Shown here: in pieces, positions 12,623-24,525 of the stretch
How the letters are laid out: every line of letters begins with the position of its first letter
Numbering within the stretch: the first letter of the stretch is position 1
Source: Felis catus
Taxonomy: Eukaryota
NCBI RefSeq assembly: GCF_018350175.1
Contig: NC_058369.1
Location: forward strand, 10,728,001-10,788,000
Direction of reading: 5' to 3'
DNA: 60,000 nt
Notes under the pieces: model-generated
What the model was told of the DNA's origin: nothing
Seen by the model: only the letters and a program-made list of their open reading frames with translations
Database searches by the model: none
Position numbers and translations under genes: made by a program

Positions 12623-15041
12623 TACAGGCCAATATCCATGATGAATATGGATGCAAAAATTCTCAATAAGATACTAGCAAATCGAATTCAACAGCGTATA
12701 AAAAGAATTATTCACCATGATCAAGTGGGATTCATTCCTGGGATGCAGGGCTGGTTCAACATTCGCAAATCAATCAATGTGACACATCACATTAATAAAA
12801 GAAAAGAACCATATGATCCTGTTGATGAATGCAGAAAAGGCCTTTGACAAAATTCAGCATTCTTTCTTAATAACAACCCTCAAGAAAGTCGGGATAGAAG
12901 GAACATACTTAAACATCATAAAAGCCATTTATGAAAAGCCCACAGCTAACATCATCCTCAATGGGGAAAAACTGAGAGCTTTTTCCCTGAGATCAGGAAC
13001 ATGACAGGGATGTCCACTCTCACTGCTGTTGTTTAACATAGTGTTGGAAATGCTAGCATTAGCAATCAGACAACAAAAGGAAATCAAAGGCATCAAAATT
13101 GGCAAAGATGAAGTCAAGCTTTCACTTTTTGCAGATTACATGATATTATACATGGAAAATCCGATAGACTCCACCAAAAGTCTGCTAGAACTGATACACG
13201 AATTTAGCAAAGTTGCAGGATACAAAATCAATGTACAGAAATCAGTTGCATTCTTATACACTAATAATGAAGCAACAGAAAGACAAATAAAGAAACTGAT
13301 CCCATTCACAATTGCACCAAGAAGCATAAAATACCTAGGGATAAATCTAACCAAAAATGTGAAAGATCTGTATGCTGAAAACTGCAGAAAGCTTATGAAG
13401 GAAATTGAAGAAGATATAAAGAAATGGAAAAACATTCCGTGCTCATGGATTGGAAGAATAAATATTGTCAAAATGTCAATACTACCCAAAGCTATCTACA
13501 CATTCAATGCAATCCCAATCAAAATCGCACCAGCATTCTTCTCGAAACTAGAACAAGCAATCCTAAAATTCATATGGAACCACAAAAGGCCCCGAATAGC
13601 CAAAGGAATTTTGAAGAAGAAGACCAAAGCAGGAGGCATCACAATCCCAGACTTTAGCCTCTACTACAAAGCTGTAATCATCAAGACAGCATGGTATTGG
13701 CACAAAAACAGACACATAGACCAATGGAATAGAATAGAAACCCCAGAACTAGACCCACAAACGTATGGCCAACTAATCTTTGAAAAAGCAGGAAAGAACA
13801 TCCAATGGAAAAAAGACAATCTCTTTAACAAATGGTGCTGGGAGAACAGGACAGCAACATGCAGAAGAATGAACTAGACCACTTTCTCACACCATTCACA
13901 AAAATAAACTCAAAATGGACGAAGGACCTGAATGTGAGACAGGAACCATCAAAACCCTAGAGGAGAAAGCAGGAAAAGACCTCTCTGACCTCAGCCGTAG
14001 CAATTTCTTACTTGACACATCTCCAAAGGCAAGGGAATTAAAAGCAAAAATGAACTACTGGGACCTTATGAAGATAAAAAGCTTCTGCACAGCAAAGGAA
14101 ACAACCAACAAAACTAAAAGGCAACCAACGGAATGGGAAAAGATATTTGCAAATGACATATCGGACAAAGGGCTAGTATTCAAAATCTATAAAGAGCTCA
14201 CCAAACTCCACACCTGAAAAACAAATAATCCAGTGAAGAAGTGGGCAGAAAACATGAATAGACACTTCTCTAAAGAAGATATCCAGATGGCCAACAGGCA
14301 CGTGAAAAGATGCTCAACGTCGCTCCTCGTCAGGGAAATACAAATCAAAACCACACTCAGATATCACCTCACGCCAGTCAGAGTCGCCAAAATGAACAAA
14401 TCAGGAGACTATAGATGCTGGAGAGGATGTGGAGAAACGGGAACCCTCTTGCACTGTTGGTGGGAATGCAAACTGGTGCAGCCACTCTGGAAAACAGTGT
14501 GGAGGTTCCTCAAAAAATTAAAAATAGACCTACCCTATGACCCAGCAATAGCACTGCTAGGAATTTACCCAAGGGATACAGGAGTGCTGATGCATAGGGG
14601 CACTTGTACCCCAATGTTTATAGCAGCACTCTCAGCAATAGCCAAATGATGGAAAGAGCCTAAATGTCCATCAACTGATGAATGGATAAAGAAATTGTGG
14701 TTTATATACACAATGGAGTACTACGTGGCAATGAGAAAGAATGAAATCTGGCCCTTTGTAGCAACGTGGAAGGAACTGGAGAGTGTTATGCTAAGTGAAA
14801 TAAGCCATACAGAGAAAGACAGATACCATATGCTTTCACTCTTATGTGGATCCTGAGAAAGTTAACAGAAACCCATGGGGGAGGGGAAGGAAAAAAAAGA
14901 GGTTAGAGTGGGAGAGAGCCAAAGCATAAGAGACTCTTAAAAACTGAGAACAAACTGAGGGTTGATGGGGGGTGGGAGGGAGGGGAGGGTGGGTGATGGG
15001 TATTGAGGAGGGCACCTGTTGGGATGAGCACTGGGTGTTGT
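12623..15041 (+). repeat. Inverted copy of 9738-12156 (right arm of the L1 palindrome); no poly(A), no clear TSD
   Basis: Mirror ORFs have identical translations and a constant coordinate sum of 24779 (10902/13877, 11750/13029, 10130/14649). Confidence 0.95.
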
Positions 15042-15044
15042 TGT

Positions 15045-15465
15045 CACATAAATGGAATTATTTTATTTTGTTTTCAGATTGTTTCCTCTTCGTATATAAA
15101 AATGCAGTTGAGTTCTTGAGGGTTGGCTTTGTATCCAGTTACTTGGCTGAATTGATTTATTAGTGGTATTAGTCTTTTTGTGGCATCTTTAGGATTTTCT
15201 ACATACAAGATCACATCATCTACATACATAAATTTCTTTCTTTCTTTCCAGTTTGGATACCTCTTCTTTCTCTGCTCTGGCCAGAACTTGCAGTGTTATG
15301 TTGAGTAGAAGATGTGAAAGTGGGCACCCTTCCTTATTCCTGATCATACAGAAAAATGCATACTGTATCACTCTTGAGTATCATGCTTGGTGTGGGTTTT
15401 TCACTAATGGCTTTATGTTGAGATAGGTTCTTTCTATTCCCACATTTTAGTGTTTTTATCATGTT
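15045..15465 (-). mobile_element. Old L1M ORF2 fragment
   Basis: Degenerate RT-region sequence, e.g. AGTGGGCACCCTTCCTTATTCCTGATC. Confidence 0.7.
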
Positions 15466-15574
15466 CCATACAAATTAATTTCTTGAGTGCAGAATATAAA
15501 CAACAATGCACTAGCCAGGTTAGTAATGCATGATTGTGTCATGTTCTTCTTATTTTGATAGTCACATCAACGAT

Positions 15575-16504
15575 ACGGAACTAGGCAACAATACACGAAG
15601 TTCAGAATTTCTTCTTCTGGGACTTTCAGAGGAACCAGAGTTGCAACCCTTCCTCTTTGGGCTGTTCCTGTCCATGTACTTGGTCACCATACATGGGAAT
15701 CTGCTCATCATCCTGGCTGTAAACTCTGACTCCCACCTCCACACGCCCATGTACTTCTTCCTCGCCAACCTGTCCTTTGTAGACATCTGTGTCACTTCCA
15801 CCACAGTCCCCAAGATGCTGGTGAATATACAAACACAGAGAAAGGTCATAACTTATGAAAGCTGTATCACGCAGGTATACTTTTTCATACTCTTTGTAGT
15901 TTTGGACAATTTCCTCCTGACTGTGATGGCATATGACCGCTTTGTAGCCATCTGTCACCCACTGTGCTACACAGTTATCATGAACCCCAAGTTCTGTGGG
16001 CTGCTGGTTCTGGTGTCTTGGATCGTGAGTGTCCTGAATTCCTTGTTACAAACCTTAATGGTGTTGCAGCTGTCCTTCTGTACAGAGGTAGAGATCCCCC
16101 ACTTTTTCTGTGAACTCAATCAGATGATCCAACTTGCCTATTCTGACACCTTTCTTAATGACATGGTAACTTGTTTTACAACTGTGCTGTTGGGTGGTGC
16201 TCCCCTGGCTGGGGTCCTTTACTCTTATTCTAAGATAGTTTCCTCCATATGTGGGATCTCATCAGCTCAGGGCAAGTATAAAGCATTTTCCACCTGTGCA
16301 TCTCACCTCTCGGTTGTCTCCTTATTTTATTGTACCAGCCTAGGTGTGTACTTTAGCTCTGCTGCTTCCCAGAGCTCCCACTCAAGTGCCACAGCCTCGG
16401 TGATGTACACGGTGGTCACGCCCATGCTGAACCCCTTCATCTACAGCCTGAGGAACAGAGACATAAAGGAGGCTCTAAATGTATTTTTCAGAGGGAAGCC
16501 ATAA
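15575..16504 (+). CDS. Olfactory receptor OR-1, OR7A-like; open frame, canonical start is ACG (possible young pseudogene)
   Basis: [32 protein letters not shown] and PMLNPFIY motifs; splice acceptor AG at 15560-15561. Confidence 0.85.
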   Translation, partial: TELGNNTRSSEFLLLGLSEEPELQPFLFGLFLSMYLVTIHGNLLIILAVNSDSHLHTPMYFFLANLSFVDICVTSTTVPKMLVNIQTQRKVITYESCITQVYFFILFVVLDNFLLTVMAYDRFVAICHPLCYTVIMNPKFCGLLVLVSWIVSVLNSLLQTLMVLQLSFCTEVEIPHFFCELNQMIQLAYSDTFLNDMVTCFTTVLLGGAPLAGVLYSYSKIVSSICGISSAQGKYKAFSTCASHLSVVSLFYCTSLGVYFSSAASQSSHSSATASVMYTVVTPMLNPFIYSLRNRDIKEALNVFFRGKP

Positions 16505-17902
16505 AAAGGCCATTTCTTAAGAAGTACTAGTCATTGCAGGCTTAATGCTTAATAGCCTGAGTTTGTGATTTTTTAACCAGATCATGAAAGAAGAACTTAA
16601 TGCCTCGATTTATAGCCTAGAGTTTCAGTTTTTCTAACGTTCAACTGCTTTATTGAATTTAAATAAGTCCCTGTGATTAACTCTCTGCTCCTGATACCCA
16701 ATAGTTTTTCCTTTTTTTCTCCCTAGTTTCCAAAGTTAGTCCCAACCTTGAATCAGAACAATTGGGAAATTCCCATTTGCCTCATATAGTGATGAACGGT
16801 CCTAGTTTTGTGGAATAAACTACATTTGGCAACTGAGGCCATGTATATAATTTTATTGTAGAGGAAATTGTGAGATCACAGGGTTTTTTTTTTTTTCACT
16901 CTGTGTCTGCCATTCCTTTATAGATTCTACCTTAAATTCTCTTCCTGATAATGTAGACATTAACATACTAGTTTGTTTTGTCACTAGTCGTGGGGTTTTG
17001 GGATCCTCGTTAGGATCCTGTTCTCTTATCAGCTCAGCATCCACAGTATCCCTGGCACAGAATAGTAAGGCAAAAATTCCTTATGAAAAACATGCTCTGC
17101 TCCAAGTGCAAAGTACAGAAAGACAAATTTGCATAAACCAAGTGACTAATATGGGCTTACTATCCGAGAAGACCTGAAAAAAATGATGACATAAAACTTT
17201 CAATCACGCTGTATTTTATTGCACAAAATCTGTTTTTGATGATGCATAACTACTTATTGACGTATGGGATATTTGGTGTCCATGTTTAAAGGGATTTATT
17301 AATTGGAGTGAAGAATCTAGTGGCAGATTTTATACTATTTCATTGGATGATACTGCTGCTTCTATTTGAAAATTTCTAGTGCTGCCTACAAATATTATGA
17401 TTCCCATTGCCCTAAACTTAATATCTCCCCCTTTAAAAATGATGTCCTAAAAATGATAGAGTGAGTGAACAATATGTGTATGCACTCTCTCATTACGTTC
17501 TTTCACTTTTTTATGCTCTAAAATCTCTTCAATCCTCATGATCAAAGGATGACTCAGACAAGAGCTTGAATTCATGCCCAGTGATGTTCTGGGAATGGAG
17601 ACTTGTGCCTGAGAGTCCTACAAGTTATCCGTGCAAAAACATACAGGTCTTTCCAATCTCTACCTGGAAGAGAAACTCAGTGATAGTACCTTTTTAATAC
17701 AGTTACCCAAAATTAATGTGACTAACCAGGTCATTATGAATGCTCCCTTCAAATATCAGAACAAATGACAAAAAAGAAGCAGCAGTAGGTTATTCTTAAT
17801 ATTCTCAGTACTATTTACATTGATTATTGTGTCAGTAAGCTATATGCTTACTGCATGACAAGCCATGCCAAAAGTAAATGTTTTAAGATAATGCTTGAAA
17901 CA

Positions 17903-18905
17903 TTTTTTTAAAATATGAAATTTATTGTCAAATTGGTTTCCATACAACACCCAGGGCTCATCCCAACAGGTGCCCTCCTCAATGCCCATCACCCACCCTC
18001 CCCTCCCTCCCACCCCCCATCAACCCTCAGTTTGTTCTCAGTTTTCAAGAGTCTCTCATGTTTTGGCTCCCTCCCTCTCTAACCTTTTGTTTGTTTTTCC
18101 TTCCCCTCCCCCACGGTCTTCTGTTAAGTTTCTCAGGGTCCACATAAGAGTGAAAACATAAGGTATCTTTCTCTGTATGACTTGTTTCACTTAGCATCAC
18201 ACTCTCCAGTTCCATCCACGTTGCTGCAAAAGGCCATATTTCATTCTTTCTCACTGCCAAGTAGGATTCCATTGTGTATATAAACCACAATTTCTTTATC
18301 CATTCATCAGTTGATGGACATTTAGGCTCTTTACACAATTTGGCTATTGTTGAAAATGCTGCTATAAACATTGGGGTACAAGTGCCCCTATGCATCAGTA
18401 CTCCTGTATCCCTTGGGTAAATTCCTAGCAGTGCTATTGCTGGGCCATAGGGTAGATCTATTTTTAATTTTTGAGGAACCTCCACACTGTTTTCAAGAGT
18501 GGCTGCACCAATTTGCATTCCCACCTGCAGTGCAAGAGGGTTCCCGTTTCTCCACATCCTCGCCAGCATCTATAGTCTCCTGGTTTGTTCATTTTAGGCA
18601 CTCTGACTGGCATGAGATGGTATCTCAGTGTGGTTTTGATTTGTATTTCCCTGATGAGGACCGACGTTGAGCATCTTTTCATGTGCCTGTTGGCCATCCA
18701 GATGTCTTCTTTAGAGAAGTGTCTATTCATGTTTTGTGACCATTTATCCACTGGGTTATTTGTTTTTCGGGTGTCGAGTTTGGTGAGCTCTTTTGGATAC
18801 TAGCCCTTTGCCCGATATGTCATTTGCAAATATCTTTTCCCATTCCGTTGGTTACCTTTTAGTTTTGCTGACTGTTTCCTTTGCAGTGTGGAAGATTTTT
18901 ATCTT
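17903..18905 (-). mobile_element. 5'-truncated L1_Fc-like element
   Basis: 3'UTR and ORF2 C-terminus translations. Confidence 0.9.
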
Positions 18906-18929
18906 TTTAGCTTTTTTCTTTTATCTTTT

Positions 18930-19280
18930 TTAGCTTTTTAAATATATGTTTTAGTTAGTTAATATGTAGTGCACTATTGGTTCTGAAGTAGAATTCAGTG
19001 ATTCATCACTTGCATACAACACCCAGTGCTCACCACAACAAGTTCCCTCTTTAGTACCCGTTACCCATCTAGTCCATCTCTCACCCACCTCCCTCTGTCA
19101 ACCCATAGTTTGTTCTCTATCATTAAGAGCCTCTTCTGGTTTGTTTGCCTCTCTTCCCTCTCCCTTATGTTCATGTGTCTTGTTTCTTAAATTCCACACA
19201 GGAGTGAAATCATATGATCTTACTCTTGTCCTTACTGACTTATTTCAGTTAGCATAATACATTCTAGCTCCATCCATCAC
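18930..19280 (-). mobile_element. Older carnivore L1 3' end
   Basis: ACAACACCCAGTGCTCA and GAGTGAAATCATATG motifs. Confidence 0.7.
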
Positions 19281-19299
19281 ATGGAGGTCTGTATTGGGG

Positions 19300-19740
19300 A
19301 AGTCTTTTGGTCTCTGTTGGTCTCCTCATGAGGTGGTGGTCAGCTATGGGTCAGCTGGAGGAGCTCTGTTAATCTTGGCTGTGTTCTCACATATGGGGGC
19401 TTGCTGGTGATAGGCTGGTCTAGGTTGGCTTTCATTAGAGCAACAGGGCTCTGCTCCACGTGATTTCTCTTCTTACAGCAGGCTAGCTTGGACTTGTTTC
19501 CATGGCAGAGACAGGGTTCCAAGAGCGCAGCAGAAACACACCAAGGACCCTTCAGACACACTGTCATTTTCACCATACACTCTTAGCCAAGGCAAATAAA
19601 ATACTAAATTCAGTCCAGATTTGAAAGTGGAGAAATCGACCCCACCTCTCAATGGGAGGAGCTTCGCAGTCACATTGCAAAGTACACGGATACAGAGATA
19701 AGTGGTGAAGTGGTGAATAGACCTGCAAAAGGTCTACCAT
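19300..19740 (-). mobile_element. MaLR LTR (MLT1-like)
   Basis: CAGCAGGCTAGCTTGG...CCACCTCTCAATGGGAGGAGC...GTCACATTGCAAAG motifs. Confidence 0.65.
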
Positions 19741-19904
19741 GAGTGTAGTTTTCAATTCAATAAAGTTTATTGGTGCAGGGCAGAAAATCAACACACAGAA
19801 CAATATAGTGCAGTACAATATAGTGATTCAACCATTCTACATGTTACTCATTGCTCATCACTGTGAGTGTGCTCTTAAGGATTGAGTCTATAGGATTTTC
19901 TTTA

Positions 19905-20107
19905 CTTTTTTTTCAATGTTTATTTTTTACAGAGACAGATCATGAATGGGGGAGGGGCAGAGAAAGAGGGAGACATAGAGTCCAAAGCAGTCTCCAGGGT
20001 CTGAGCTGTCAGCATAGAGCCCGATGCAGTACTCAAACTCATGAACCCTGAGATCATGACTTGAGCCAAAGTCGGACTCTTAACCAACTGAACCACCCAG
20101 GTGCCCT
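19905..20107 (-). mobile_element. CanSINE (tRNA-derived)
   Basis: CCACCCAGGTGCCC terminus, GAGATCATGAC box, T-rich tail. Confidence 0.9.
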
Positions 20108-20109
20108 GA

Positions 20110-21560
20110 CTTTACAGGGTTTTCTATATTCAGTTCGTATCATCTGTGAATAAAGACAATTTTACTTCTTTCTTTCTGATTTGTAATCCAGTGAAGAAAT
20201 GGGTGGAAGACATGAATAGACACTTTTCCGAAGAAGACATCTGGGTGCTTTTTACTTTCTCAATCTTTCCTGATTGTTCTAGCTAGGACATGAAAGATTA
20301 TGTTGAATAGGAGCAGTGAGAGTGGACCCCCTTGTGTTGCTGCTGATCTCAGAAGAGACATTTTCTAATCTTTCACCACTGAGTACAATGTTATTGTGGG
20401 TTTGTCATATACAGCCTTTTGCTTTTCTTGTTGAGGTGTGTTCCTCTTATACCCAGTTTGTCAAAGATTTTTAAAAAAATCATTAAAGGATGCTGTATTT
20501 TGTCAGATGCCTTTTCTGCATGTATTGAAATGATGATATGATTGTTATATTTCACCCTATGAATGGGGTGTATCATATTTAGTGATTTGTTTGTGCTCAA
20601 CAATCCCTGTATCCCAGGGATAAATCCCACTTGATCATGGTGTAAAATCCCTTCAATGTGTTGTTTGATTCGTTTTGCTAGTATTTTTCAAAAATTTTGT
20701 GTCTGTGTCCATCAGGGACATTGGTCTATAGTTTTATTTTTTTGTACTGGCCTTTTCTGACTTTGGTATTAAGGCAAATCTGGCCTTGGAAAATGAGGTT
20801 GAAATGTGTCTTCCTCTCTAGTTTCTGGAAGGGTTTGAGAAGAATTTGTCATTAATTCTTCTTTACATGAGTGGTAGAATTCACCTATGAAGATCTCTGT
20901 TCACGGGCTTTTGTTGCTAGGAGATTTTTGATTACTAATTTAATACCCTTACTCATTATTGGTCTGTTCATATTTCCTGTATCTTCCTGATTTTGTCTTG
21001 GTAAATTGTATGTTTCTAGGGATTTATCCATTTTTTTTCTAGGTTGTCCAAATTCTTGGAATGAGATCATTCATAGTAGTCTCCTATTATTCTTTGCATT
21101 TCTATGATATTGGTTGTAAGATATAATATTTTGCTGCTGATTATATTTATTTAAGCCTTCTCCTCCTTTTTTTGTCTACCTAAGGGCTTGTCAATTTTGC
21201 TTCACTTTAAAAAATTGGTTCTTCACTTTGTTAATCTTTTCTATTGGTTTTCTGGTCTATATATCATTTATATATTCTCTGATTTTTATTTCTTTTCCTC
21301 TGTTGATTTGGACTTAGTTGGTGCTTCTTTTTCCAGGCCTTTGAATCAAAGTTTAGGTTATTTACTTCAGGTCTTTTTATTTGTCTTAATGTAGGCATTT
21401 ATTGCTATAAACTTCTCTATTGGAGCTGCTTTTGTAACATACCATAAATTGTGATATGCGGTGATTCCATTTTCATTTGATTCATGAGTTTTAAATTTCA
21501 GTTTTCATTTCTTCTTTCACCCATCAGCCACTCACAAGTGCATGGTTTAAATCCCACAAA
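20110..21560 (-). mobile_element. Old L1 ORF2 fragment
   Basis: Degenerate GFIPGIQG and [15 protein letters not shown] translations. Confidence 0.8.
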
Positions 21561-21579
21561 CTTGTGACCATCTCAGGTA

Positions 21580-22175
21580 TCTGTACTTTTACATTAACTA
21601 CAGCATTATATCAGCCACGATTTGAAAACAGCCCAGCATCCATCAACAGATGAATTAATAATGATGGCATATCTATCAGTGGAGTTCAGCAATAATAAAT
21701 GAAGACATTTTTTTCCTTGCTCAACCATGAATGGACCCCAAGGGCATTATGCTAAGTGACATAGACAGAGAAAGACAAATACTGTATGATCTCACTTATA
21801 TGTGAAATATAAAAATCTAAACCATAGAAACAGAGTAGGTTGATGTTTGATAGTGGCTTGGGTTTGGGGAAATGAGAAGATGTTAGTGAAAGTCTATAAA
21901 CCTTCAGTTATAAGATGAATAAGTTCTGGGGACTTAATGTACAACATGGCTATTATGATTAACTCTATTGTGTTGTATACTTGAATGTTGCTAATAGAGT
22001 ATATAGTAAATGTTCTTACAACAAAAAGAAGTGGTAACTATGTGAAGTGATGGATGTGTTCACTGACCTATTATGGTGATCATTTCACAACATATATGTA
22101 CATGAAATCACCAAGTTGTATGCTTAAATTTCCGCAATTTTATATGTCAATTAAATTTCAGTAAGGCTGGAAAAA
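21580..22175 (+). mobile_element. Old L1M 3' end
   Basis: ATTATGCTAAGTGA...AGAAAGACAAATACTGTATGATCTCAC motifs. Confidence 0.75.
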
Positions 22176-22637
22176 TGAAGAAAAACATTCCTATGTCTCT
22201 GTCTTCCATTGCATTTCAAATGTCACCTCATCCTAGCGGAATTATACCCATAAAAAAGATACCAGAGTGGAAACTATTATGAGTATTTCAATGGTGAGGT
22301 CTATCAATAGGAAAACAGTATCTACAGAAGGATTCTGTGAAGATAGTATCAGTGATAGAACACTTGTTAGCTCCATTACTCAATGAAATAGATACAAGGT
22401 CCCTGGTATCTCTGAGCCATCTGGAAAGTAAACCTTTTATTTATTTGATCTTTCCTTATACTAGGAAAGGTGATGTATAGGCAAGAGGCATGCAGGAAAT
22501 ATTTACAACCTTACCCTCTGAAGTAGAATTTCCATAACTGCTCATTAGACGCCTAATTCGTTCTCACTGTCTTCTCTTAGATCATTCCACTGCTGAATGT
22601 GGATTGGAAATAAACCTTTTGAATTGAAATTAACAGC

Positions 22638-23150
22638 AGTAGTAGACTGTTTGCAGAGATGGCCCCAAGTCCTGGTCTTTCTCTGTAGTCATATCTTTGG
22701 CAATGCGCACAGTACCTTCCATCAGGAGGTGGAGACTATTCTTCCATCTTTGATTCTGGATGGATTAGAACTTTTTATTTACTGTGGCCAACAGAATATG
22801 ATAGAAGTGGCAGTGGACCTTAGAGGCCCTGTGAATTTCTGCTGCTCTCTCTTGAAATACTGCTCTGAAAAGAGAATAAAACCAGATGGGCTGCCAGAAG
22901 AAGTGAAGACATGTGGAGCACAGCCCAGTTGTCCAAGCCAAGGCCACTCTAATCAGCCACAGCTAGCTAGCCAAGACCCAAACCCTGGCAAGATCAGCAG
23001 AGCCTTCTCAGATGACACAAAACCTGATTCAAGATCCTTGAGGACATCAACAGAGATTAGAACAACTCATCACCATACAATTCTACTTGATACTAAAGAT
23101 ATTCTACCAAGCCATTTGTTTTCAGGATGGTTTGCTATTCAGCAACATTC
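22638..23150 (+). mobile_element. MaLR LTR (MLT1-like)
   Basis: CATCAGGAGGTGGAG...TGGCCAACAGAATATG motifs. Confidence 0.55.
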
Positions 23151-23479
23151 ATGATCATTTTGTTATTCAAATTTATTTTGGATGACTTAAAAAAATTCTC
23201 TCCATTGAAGATTCTATTCAGGTAACCAGTAGAGGTCCGAAGGACATGCATTTTTGTGGAGAAAAAATGGTGACCTGGAATCACATAAGTGGGCAGGAAT
23301 TCAAGCTCTCTTCTGTCTTGCAGAGACATCTTAATTTTAGCCCAAATGCGATTCATTTTTGGCATTGACCTCCAGACCGGGAAGAGTAGAAATTTTTTTC
23401 TTTTAAACCCTTAGTGTGGTAACTGGATATAGCAGCAATAGTAAATAACAAAGACACTTATCCAATAAATGTTTTAAAT

Positions 23480-23694
23480 GATTTTTAAGAGAGAGAGGGA
23501 GAGAGAGAGAGAGAGAGAGAGAGAATATACAAGTGGGGGAGGGGCATAGAGAGAGGGAGAAACAAAATCCAAAGCAGACTCCAGGCTCTGAACTATCAAC
23601 AGAGAGCTCAACGCAAGGCTCAAGCTCACATACTACAAGATCATTACCTAAGTTGAAGCTGGACACTTGACTGACTGAGCCACCCAGGTGCCCC
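23480..23694 (-). mobile_element. CanSINE
   Basis: (GA)n tract and GAGCCACCCAGGTGCCCC terminus. Confidence 0.9.
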
Positions 23695-24525
23695 AATTTT
23701 TTTAATAAAAGGAATTTAAGCCTCTCAACTCATTCACTTAGCTTTCTTGGATAAAGGCGTTTTGTGTTGAAACCCTACTTAAGTAGAAGAAACAAAATAA
23801 GGTCAGTTTGGGAGGTATTCAGCCTATTGCCTGGTTCAGAGAATGTCTCCTTGCATAAATGTAAATATGGTTCTGTCTTTGAGGCCTCTGGGCATTAAGA
23901 TAGGAAAAGCCATATATCATTAATTTATGACTACCTGTTCTATTATAATTTATTTTGCCTAAATTTCTACATTCCTTGAATTCCATGTTAATGAAAACCT
24001 CCATTCTCTTCCTTTCTTTACCCTCCAAGTTTCTTTCAAGCTTTCTTTCAACACAGCAGATAGGTTACAATGATTTCTAATGACTCTCTTATACTCTTAT
24101 ATCAATGAGTCATGGCCAAGAGTAGACTTTCATAGGAGTAGTATAACTCATGACTGGGTTTTTTTTTTTTTTTTTTTGGTCAAACAAAAGAAAAAATACT
24201 CACTATGATACAGTTTATTTGAGAAGAAATTATTCGTAACAGATCCATGTAGTCCTTTGAAATGAGTGAGAATTCCAAATATTTCACATCAAAGGTGAGG
24301 AATCACATTGGGAGAGTAGGAAAATGACAAAGGGAAAATCTTTTAGATATAAGACATATCAAATAGCTTAACATAGGGAGTTACATAAATTGTACACAGA
24401 TGTTGAAATTTAAAAAAAAAGAAATTCAAGGAAAAAAATAGAAGAGGCATGTTCCACTCCCACAATCTGATCAAAGAATCTCAACATTTGGGTCAGATTT
24501 TGGACCCTGCAATCATGGGTACTTT

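Noticed and set aside
9670..15041. Twin-priming (5' inversion) as the origin of the inverted L1 pair
   Set aside because: Twin priming gives non-overlapping inverted segments inside one TSD pair. Here the arms cover the same L1 region and the right arm lies outside the TSD.
22597..23154. 185-aa ORF as a novel gene
   Set aside because: It coincides with an MLT1-like LTR remnant and has no recognisable domain
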